A stretch of DNA of 64,000 nucleotides from Candidatus Margulisiibacteriota bacterium (GTDB taxonomy: Bacteria; Margulisbacteria; Termititenacia; CAZZFK01). The notes under the pieces were generated by a model that saw nothing but the letters and a program-made list of their open reading frames with translations, was not told where the DNA came from and did no database searches. Position numbers and translations under genes: made by a program. The stretch's first letter is position 1, and each line of letters opens with the position of its first letter. The stretch spans positions 405 through 64,404 of the forward strand of contig JBHPMC010000004.1 in assembly GCA_042562495.1 (NCBI GenBank), written 5' to 3'. Shown here piece after piece: positions 18,086-25,528 of this stretch.

Positions 18086-20524
18086 TTAATATCTCGTCAC
18101 TCCCGGGCTCTCCAAAGAACGCCTAAATGCCTCTACTGAGAAACCATCTCTACCAGAGGTTAAAGATAATGGTTCTTCTGGAAAAGCTTTTAAGCTGAAG
18201 GCCAAGATCCATTCCTCGCGAGCTTTATTGTAATTAAACTGTGCCATCCAGCAGTGCAGGTCTTTGTATATACCCAGGGTATACATATCTATGCTGTCCG
18301 ATAAAGGATCATAAACATGTTCAACAGAAAAAGCCCAACGGCTGCGCCAAAATTCCCACTCATTCTCTTTCCACCAAGTTTTCCCAACATGGAATTTCAA
18401 TAAGCTGCTGGCTGATTTATAGATATAATCATTGAAATCAAAGGTATATTTCACTGTCCAGGAATCTTCTCGTGTCGGAGTATAGTTCAAGGCAGCCACA
18501 AAATCCCTCCATAATTCTCTTTGGTAAGACCAACCGTAATTAAAATTTGCATGGAAATACCTGCCGAACGGACGCAGGTCCATATCTGTGATCAGATCAT
18601 CATAAGTATTTAATTCCAGATTCTTTCCGCCAGAGAATTTCCAGCTGAAAACATCCTCATGATAAAAACGTAAGCTTTCTATGGCCCTATGTTCATGATC
18701 ATATTGCGGTGATTCAAAATAAAGGGGGCTATTGCCATCACTTTGCGTATAAATATAGGTCAGATCATGCTCGACATGGTCCCACAATGTGGTACGCAAT
18801 GATGGTTGATCACTTATCCGATAATGTTTATCACCGGTATCATAAGCAGCCTGGCGCATATAACGCTTTAAGGTCAGGGTCGTATAAAAAGGCAGATCAA
18901 AATCCCGATACAAGGTTAATTGCCCCGTATAGCGAGTAGCTGTATAGCGCCTGCTCCTGGCAGCACTGGTCAGATATTTTGATTCCTGAAAAACACCCAA
19001 GCCCAGGTCCGTATCCATATAGAACAGATCGAGGTCTAGAGTTTGCAGCTGTAATGTTGTCAAAGGCAACTTGTTCACATATTCTGTATTGGCATCCGTA
19101 GTTATTCTATCTCCATCCGGATCATTAAAGGTCAGATATTCGATCTTTAATTGCTTATAGAAATCAGCTTCTGTCCCCGTATGTACTACCGTGATCGGCA
19201 CATCCAAACGTTGATCAGGATAACTATACATGCTCTGTTGCTGATAGAATTTCGGGCTCAGGCTCAATGTCCAGCGTTCGGCAATAGGCTGGGTATGCGT
19301 AAGCAATAATGTTTCCGACCTTGATCTGCTGATAGGATTTATGGTCTTATCGACGGTCAATTTAGTATTCAGATCATCTTGTACATGTGCTGCTGAATAG
19401 TTCAAGCCTTCTACATTGGTCCGGTAATCACGAGTATAACGATTTTGTAAAGAATAAGTACGCCAGGCATCCTCGTATTTAAGACCAATATCAAAATCCA
19501 TGGCATTTGTATAGCCCGAGGGGATCAGGTATATTTTTTTATAATTATGGGCCAGGTTTAATTCGGTATAGTCATCCAGGAATAATTTCTGTTTAAATTT
19601 GCTGACATAGTTCGTTGTGATCCCTTCATTGATCACCTCATCATTCTCATCCCTGGTAAATCTTTCATTTACGTTATACAGATAATAGCTGCCCGGCGCG
19701 CCATCGATCTTATATTTATGTTTAAATCCTCGTCCAAAACCTTTTTTTGATAAATGATCTATGTATATAGATCCTTCCGTATCTTCATCGATTACATATA
19801 CCAATTCGTTCTTAATAAAAAATCCTTCTACTTGATTCTCACCTATCACCGGCAGCAGCAAGATCAACTTTCTTTTGCCCAGTTGGAACTGATAATACGG
19901 TGAATAGAAAATAGGCATCGGCAAAAAACTGAAATTATAGAAAACATGATAGCCCTCGATCTTTTCATCGGGGAAATAACGAAATTCATTAGCAGAGATC
20001 CAGTAATGCGGCTCTTGTAAGCTACAGGTGGTCAATTTGCCCTGATAACCATATTTCATATTACCGGAAGTATGTAACTCATGCGCCTGCATAAATATGG
20101 AGCCAACGACCTGCTCTGTTTGAAAATCAACAGAAAAATCTGAAAGGCTTAATTCTTTTGATCTCAGATCAAAGAAAAGTGTTTCGCCTAAAGATTCCAC
20201 ACCGTTTCGGGAGACTACAATTTGGCCTGATGCTGTAACAAAATTAGTATTAGTATCCATTTCCAGGACATCGGCCTTTATTTCAATATCTTCATAAATA
20301 ACTTTGACATTTCCCGAAGCAGATATGATCTTGCTCTCATCGTTATAACGCAGATCATCTGCCTTTAATTTGACAGGCATTTGCTCTGCCGCTACAGCAA
20401 AAGCAGTTAGAACGATTAAACACACCGATAATAATGATTTTTTATACAAAAATCCCCCAAGAAAACGCTTTATACAACAAATCCTTTTCAGGAATTCGTT
20501 CTTCCCTAGCACATTTTCCCCCAA
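18086..20524 (-). CDS. lptD: LPS-assembly outer-membrane protein LptD/OstA family
   Basis: 812 aa. Has an OstA-like N-domain (KLKADDLRYNDESKIISASGNVKVIYEDIEIKADVLEMD), a long Tyr/Asp-rich beta-rich C-domain, and a C-terminal aromatic residue (..TRY). The start may instead be the TTG at 20449, preceded by GGGGGA, giving a cleaner signal peptide (YKKSLLSVCLIVLTAFAVAA). Confidence 0.7.
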   Translation of the reverse strand: MGENVLGKNEFLKRICCIKRFLGGFLYKKSLLSVCLIVLTAFAVAAEQMPVKLKADDLRYNDESKIISASGNVKVIYEDIEIKADVLEMDTNTNFVTASGQIVVSRNGVESLGETLFFDLRSKELSLSDFSVDFQTEQVVGSIFMQAHELHTSGNMKYGYQGKLTTCSLQEPHYWISANEFRYFPDEKIEGYHVFYNFSFLPMPIFYSPYYQFQLGKRKLILLLPVIGENQVEGFFIKNELVYVIDEDTEGSIYIDHLSKKGFGRGFKHKYKIDGAPGSYYLYNVNERFTRDENDEVINEGITTNYVSKFKQKLFLDDYTELNLAHNYKKIYLIPSGYTNAMDFDIGLKYEDAWRTYSLQNRYTRDYRTNVEGLNYSAAHVQDDLNTKLTVDKTINPISRSRSETLLLTHTQPIAERWTLSLSPKFYQQQSMYSYPDQRLDVPITVVHTGTEADFYKQLKIEYLTFNDPDGDRITTDANTEYVNKLPLTTLQLQTLDLDLFYMDTDLGLGVFQESKYLTSAARSRRYTATRYTGQLTLYRDFDLPFYTTLTLKRYMRQAAYDTGDKHYRISDQPSLRTTLWDHVEHDLTYIYTQSDGNSPLYFESPQYDHEHRAIESLRFYHEDVFSWKFSGGKNLELNTYDDLITDMDLRPFGRYFHANFNYGWSYQRELWRDFVAALNYTPTREDSWTVKYTFDFNDYIYKSASSLLKFHVGKTWWKENEWEFWRSRWAFSVEHVYDPLSDSIDMYTLGIYKDLHCWMAQFNYNKAREEWILAFSLKAFPEEPLSLTSGRDGFSVEAFRRSLESPGVTRY

Positions 20525-20805
20525 AATATATTTACTGAAGAGTATTTTATTGATCCACTACAAAGAAATAGCGGATCTGCACCCCCCAGATTTCTACATA
20601 TTATATCATTCCAAACTGCGTGATTCAAAAAAAATCCCTTTATCATGCTGTTTTTATATAGTATTACCAACCTTAATTGTTAAATATACCTATACATAAT
20701 AGGCTTTTTCTACATATTAATTGCTCTTTAGATATAAAAAATAGCATGCAAGTTTTACCCCTAAAATCCCGATAATATAGGTGAAAACAAATAAGGCACA
20801 ATAAT

Positions 20806-20856
20806 ATGGGGGTGCAAGTCGCGCAAAGACGACGAGCACCTTTTTTTATTGGTTAA
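20806..20856 (+). promoter_or_regulatory. Leader hairpin with a T-run, overlapped by a 16-codon uORF, upstream of orphan gene 1
   Basis: GGTGC-aa-GTCG-cgcaaaga-CGAC-ga-GCACC-TTTTTTT spans 20811-20847. The uORF ATG at 20806 encodes MGVQVAQRRRAPFFIG with its stop at 20854-20856. The AAGGAG SD of the main gene is at 20864-20869. Confidence 0.35.
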
Positions 20857-20877
20857 AAAATATAAGGAGTGATTGTT

Positions 20878-22476
20878 ATGACACCTGTAACTAAACCTGA
20901 TGGAGTAAAAAACCTTGATCAACCGATAACTACTACACCAGCTGATCCAGCAGCAAAGGCTAGTAAACCTTCCTGGAAAGCTGATGACAAGGTCATCAAA
21001 GAACTGGATACGTACGCTCAACTAAATGATGAGCCCATAGATGCTCAATTAGCTGAACTGTATAGAAAACTTTGCCTTTTAGGATTTACTTTTAAAAGTA
21101 CTCTTATAACAGAGAAGGATGTCGTAAGCATAAATTGCAGATTAGTTGAATTTTTAAGAGAGATCGCTAAAGCAGAAGATACTGCCCTTACTATGCGTAA
21201 AAATAAAGATGATGCAAAAGGGACATTTGAAGAGTTGTTAGAAGAGTATAAAGATATTGTCACACCTCCTAAGATAACAGCTAAAGCTACCTATAATCTT
21301 TTTGGCAGTAATACCTTTGATGGGCTTAAAGATCTTGATCATGCCTGGCGTACACTCGAAGTAGAAGTGCAGCATAATAAAGTAAGAGGCACTTTAGGCA
21401 CAGTAGAGGATCTTGATGATAATGGTACTCAAGGCGAGCTCATGGATCAGCTATTGGTAGCTCGGAATCGTTATTATTCATTCTCAGCATTTAATGTTAA
21501 GGAAGATGCTTCCGAGATCATCAAAGAAGCCCAAGATAAAGGCCGGGCGGAAACAGATACTGCCGAAAAAAACACAGAAGAAGTTAATAAAGAAGAAAAT
21601 GGCGTCTATGCTTATCATTCCAGCATTGCAGATTCGGATGCGGCTAAAATGACCGAAGCAGAGCAATTCGATTATCTGACCAGATGGCATATCATGAATT
21701 TTGAGCCAAAAAAAACAGATACTGCCCCGCCCCCTGAAAATGATGAAGTTGTAGACAATACAGATGTTGTTGATGAAAAAGATCCTCTCAAAGATGATGA
21801 TTCTTTGATCCCATGTACTGAGAACGCTGCCTTAACTAAGGAAACTTTTATTGTTAAAAACGGTAAAGTATATGTTCAAATGGGTGATAGCGGCAGGCAA
21901 TTACTATATGAATATACCCTTAAAACTGGTGAGGAATTGGTGAAAGACAAGGTCTTTATAGGCGATTGCCCTTGGGGTAAGAGGCCTTATCTTGTAGTTA
22001 AAAGCGGAGATGAATACAAACTGATCAGATTACAAGGTGTTGTTAAAGGCAAGCATAAATCTACTACCGATCCTGCTCAGATGTATTATTCTCTGGAAAC
22101 AGATACAGAAAATGATACTTGTTATGTGGTCAAAAAAGAGAATCATGTTCCAAAAAAGAAGCCTGTGCAGAAAAAGAAAGTCGATCCCCATACAATACCG
22201 CCGGTCACTAAAAAAGAGGATCCTGCGCCAACACTGCTTAAAAGTGATGCTTCGTTATTGGGACCTATGAATACCTATAATCCCTTAAATCCATATAATC
22301 CATATAATCCTTATAATCCTATGTCCAGCCCGTTATACAATTCTTTACTCAATCCTAAACCTGTTGTAGAAAAGAAAGTATTTGTACCTTTAAATCCGGT
22401 TCTTTATGACATTGCGCCCCTTTCAAAGGTCGATCTGCAAGCCTTGGGAGTTAATGCGTTAAAAGTTCGAAAATAA
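20878..22476 (+). CDS. Orphan protein 1 (about 532 aa): acidic and low-complexity, with a Pro/Lys-rich tail carrying YNP repeats
   Basis: AAGGAG lies 8 nt upstream of the ATG at 20878; the track ORF begins at the GTG at 20869. No signal peptide and no TM segment. The C-terminus reads NTYNPLNPYNPYNPYNPMSSPLYNSLLNPKP. No family recognised. Confidence 0.8.
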   Translation: MTPVTKPDGVKNLDQPITTTPADPAAKASKPSWKADDKVIKELDTYAQLNDEPIDAQLAELYRKLCLLGFTFKSTLITEKDVVSINCRLVEFLREIAKAEDTALTMRKNKDDAKGTFEELLEEYKDIVTPPKITAKATYNLFGSNTFDGLKDLDHAWRTLEVEVQHNKVRGTLGTVEDLDDNGTQGELMDQLLVARNRYYSFSAFNVKEDASEIIKEAQDKGRAETDTAEKNTEEVNKEENGVYAYHSSIADSDAAKMTEAEQFDYLTRWHIMNFEPKKTDTAPPPENDEVVDNTDVVDEKDPLKDDDSLIPCTENAALTKETFIVKNGKVYVQMGDSGRQLLYEYTLKTGEELVKDKVFIGDCPWGKRPYLVVKSGDEYKLIRLQGVVKGKHKSTTDPAQMYYSLETDTENDTCYVVKKENHVPKKKPVQKKKVDPHTIPPVTKKEDPAPTLLKSDASLLGPMNTYNPLNPYNPYNPYNPMSSPLYNSLLNPKPVVEKKVFVPLNPVLYDIAPLSKVDLQALGVNALKVRK

Positions 22477-22492
22477 ATTCATAATATAAGTT

Positions 22493-22524
22493 AAAAAAGC
22501 GGGCTTTTTTTAGCCCGCTTTTTC
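22493..22524 (+). terminator. Rho-independent terminator after orphan gene 1
   Basis: AAAAAAGCGGGCT-tttttt-AGCCCGCTTTTT. The perfect 7-bp GC-rich stem is flanked by an A-run and a T-run, so it could act in both directions. Confidence 0.8.
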
Positions 22525-22665
22525 ATTGTTTTCCGCTCTCCTGCAATAAAAATACTACGTATATTTTTTGGATTTTCTGGGTATATATCCAATACAAGAA
22601 TAAAGGTATGTCTTTAGCTTATAAAAGCTAAAAATATGCATATTAATAATAAAAGGAGTGCTGAT

Positions 22666-25503
22666 ATGACAAGTACATCACCGGTAAATATGGGGCAAGG
22701 AAGTGATTGGTATACAAATAAACTAAGTAACACGGATGCTTTTGAAAGAACGCTAGAAAACAACGGAGTAAATGATGAAAACCTAAAAATGGTGGCGATC
22801 TGGCTTAATCAATTCATGAACTTCAACTTTGCAGATGGCGCGAATAAAGCAGCGATCAATACTTTCTTAAAGAATGTTTCTAAAGCCGCTACTTTCGAAG
22901 AATTAAAACAAGCCTTGCATGGCATTAATAAAGATATAGTTTCTCTTAAAGATGGCTCAAGCTTAAAGAATATCTCAGAAGCTGCCATAAAAGATGCTAT
23001 AGCCGGTGCTGATGCAGATTCAAGTTTTGCCTGGAAGACCGATCTGCCCCGATTGGCTAAAGCGCTTAAATATTATGAAGGTACCGGAGGTAATATTAGT
23101 GATTATTTTCGTTCTACATCTTTTAAACGAGTTACAGTTACCGACCAATCAACAAAAGGTGCCGCGGTTGAAGAAGTTGAAAATATCGCCAAACGTTTAG
23201 ATGATGCCGAAACAGAATTATCTACTAGTGAAAGTGCCTTTGCAGGAAAATATGATGCTTTCCTGCGCTCACAACTAACATTAGCAGGTACTACCCAAAG
23301 GGCTCCTCAAAATACCGAAGATCTACAACAGCCTGGCAGTGTACAAAATGCCCCAGATATTACACCTCCTGCTGGGCTTTCTTCTGTGCAAAGCACTATG
23401 TTCGACCACATGGTCGCTGTTGCTCAATCAACCAAAGATAACATCCAGGAAAACCTCAATAAGGCCACAACTTATTACAAACAAAATAAAGCAGAATTAC
23501 AAAAGCCGGATTTCATTCAAAAACTTATTAACAAGAAAATGATCGGTGTACTTGGTGATATCGTAATGAATCAGGATAAATCAACAGAAGAAAAAGTAGA
23601 AAAAGTAAAAAAGGAGCTAGTTGAGATAGTTAATATTGCCAAGAAATATACAGAAGATCTTTGTAAAACAGGACAGCTTCAAGTAGTTCTTAATTTGTGT
23701 TCTATCTCCGATCCTAAACAAACCATACCTATCATCAAATCTGTTCAAAATATGAATATCCAAAAGATAAAGGAGCTCATGGATGATCCTGATATCTCCG
23801 ATAGCGATGCTAAACAACGCCTGAATAGTTGGCTAGCACAACAGATCATAACAAGTGCACCAAAGGCATTAAAAGATATCTTATCTTCCGATTTATCTGC
23901 CGGCTTAAAGCGAGAAATCGCCTATAACTTTATGTTCCATGCTCCTGATGTGAAAGCTCAATTACTAAGCCCTCTTGAATCACAAGAGCAAGCCCAGGTA
24001 CTTAAATTAATGCTCGATCATACCAACAAAGAACAGACTTCAAAAAAACTCGAGATCCTAGATAAAGAATACAAAGAGTTATACAAGGAGTATGGACAAT
24101 TTTTACAGATGACACCTGAAAAACAAAAAGAGGCACTCGGAACAACTGATGATCAAGCTGTAGCCAGATATAAGAATTCTCTTTACGCTAGATTACAATA
24201 TTTAAGGGGAATACTAGCTTACAAAGAAGATCCTGATACCTTGCGTATCAAACTCTTCTCAGAATTTGTTCCGCTTGGTCATCCGCAAGCGATGATAGAC
24301 ATACTAAGTGCAACAAACATCCCGGAATCTATTAAAAAAGAGATCGCTCTTACTTTTGCCTACAGCCCTGTAGCCTTAAAGATCAAAGCCTTCTCCTTCT
24401 TAGATACCGAAAAACAAGCTCAAGCGTTGGATCTTCTGCTTAAACATGCAGATACCGCTGCGTTTGAAAAGATCCTTGCTGATCAAAAAGCTGCCAATAT
24501 AAAAGCCTTAAAACGTGATATTGAAGTACTAGAAGAGATCAAGGATAAACCTCTTACCGAAATAAACGATTACTTAGGTCTTACAGGAACAGATAACGCT
24601 TTTAAATCAAAAAAAGCTGTTACAGATCATATAGCTCAGGTAAAAGACCAGATTGATGAGCTTGAAAAAGCAAAACCTGAGAATGCTGCCCTGATCAGAA
24701 TAACTCTATTCACCAGCATGTACACAACTAAAACCAGAAATTCTCTGGAAATGACCAAAGCTGGGCACACCTATACTATTAAGAAAGTAGAAGATAATGG
24801 TCAGTTCTTTTTTGAATATTATAAGGATGGAGCAAAAGATCCGCTTACTCAGGAGCAAGATGATGCTCTTACTGAGACAGAAAAACAGTATTTTGATGGA
24901 CTGCGCTTTGAGCTATCGAAGATAGTACTGACCAAAGATCCTGCGATCATCCTTAGAGAAAAGACCGGCAAATATAAAGATGAATTCTTGATCGATTACT
25001 ACGCACGCATTCTAGATAAAAAAGATGCCCAGGGTATTTTCTTCAGAGAGTTAAAAGATATTGCCATAGGAGAATCAACGGAAGCTAAAAAAGATACTCC
25101 TGAGCAACAACCAGCTCCAGATGCTGAAGCAAAACAAGCTCCATCCGCTAATCCTCCGGCCGAAACAAGCCAGACACCTACTACATCAGAACCTTATGCC
25201 TTAGGAGATAACAAATTTATATTAACCGTAAAGGAAGACGGCTCATTTAACCTTGAGATAAAAGATAAAGATGATAAAGCCTTAAAGGCGATCGTCATAC
25301 CTAGCGGAGAATTAGATCTCGGATTATTTTCCAAAACAGATTGGTACAACAAATTGAATAGTGTACAAAAGCAAAGCCTGCTCACTTGGTTATCCACTGA
25401 AGGCGGTCTCGCTACTAAAGGTGAAGGTATCTATCTAGCCGGCACATCGAACGAAGATATGGAAAATACCTTTGATGAGCCGGATCAATTGACTAAAAAA
25501 TAA
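22666..25503 (+). CDS. Orphan protein 2 (about 945 aa): helical, with a tandem ~141-aa internal duplication, a Pro/Ala/Gln linker and a small C-terminal beta module
   Basis: AAGGAG at 22653-22658 lies 7 nt before the ATG at 22666; the track ORF starts at 22636. No signal peptide and no TM segment. No family recognised. Confidence 0.8.
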   Translation: MTSTSPVNMGQGSDWYTNKLSNTDAFERTLENNGVNDENLKMVAIWLNQFMNFNFADGANKAAINTFLKNVSKAATFEELKQALHGINKDIVSLKDGSSLKNISEAAIKDAIAGADADSSFAWKTDLPRLAKALKYYEGTGGNISDYFRSTSFKRVTVTDQSTKGAAVEEVENIAKRLDDAETELSTSESAFAGKYDAFLRSQLTLAGTTQRAPQNTEDLQQPGSVQNAPDITPPAGLSSVQSTMFDHMVAVAQSTKDNIQENLNKATTYYKQNKAELQKPDFIQKLINKKMIGVLGDIVMNQDKSTEEKVEKVKKELVEIVNIAKKYTEDLCKTGQLQVVLNLCSISDPKQTIPIIKSVQNMNIQKIKELMDDPDISDSDAKQRLNSWLAQQIITSAPKALKDILSSDLSAGLKREIAYNFMFHAPDVKAQLLSPLESQEQAQVLKLMLDHTNKEQTSKKLEILDKEYKELYKEYGQFLQMTPEKQKEALGTTDDQAVARYKNSLYARLQYLRGILAYKEDPDTLRIKLFSEFVPLGHPQAMIDILSATNIPESIKKEIALTFAYSPVALKIKAFSFLDTEKQAQALDLLLKHADTAAFEKILADQKAANIKALKRDIEVLEEIKDKPLTEINDYLGLTGTDNAFKSKKAVTDHIAQVKDQIDELEKAKPENAALIRITLFTSMYTTKTRNSLEMTKAGHTYTIKKVEDNGQFFFEYYKDGAKDPLTQEQDDALTETEKQYFDGLRFELSKIVLTKDPAIILREKTGKYKDEFLIDYYARILDKKDAQGIFFRELKDIAIGESTEAKKDTPEQQPAPDAEAKQAPSANPPAETSQTPTTSEPYALGDNKFILTVKEDGSFNLEIKDKDDKALKAIVIPSGELDLGLFSKTDWYNKLNSVQKQSLLTWLSTEGGLATKGEGIYLAGTSNEDMENTFDEPDQLTKK

Positions 25504-25528
25504 GAAAAGATATTAGAAGGGGGAAGCT

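Noticed and set aside
20761-21021. 86-aa minus-strand ORF overlapping the start of orphan gene 1
   Set aside because: It is Cys/Ser/Phe-rich with no SD, and it overlaps a gene that has a strong SD and a long open frame.
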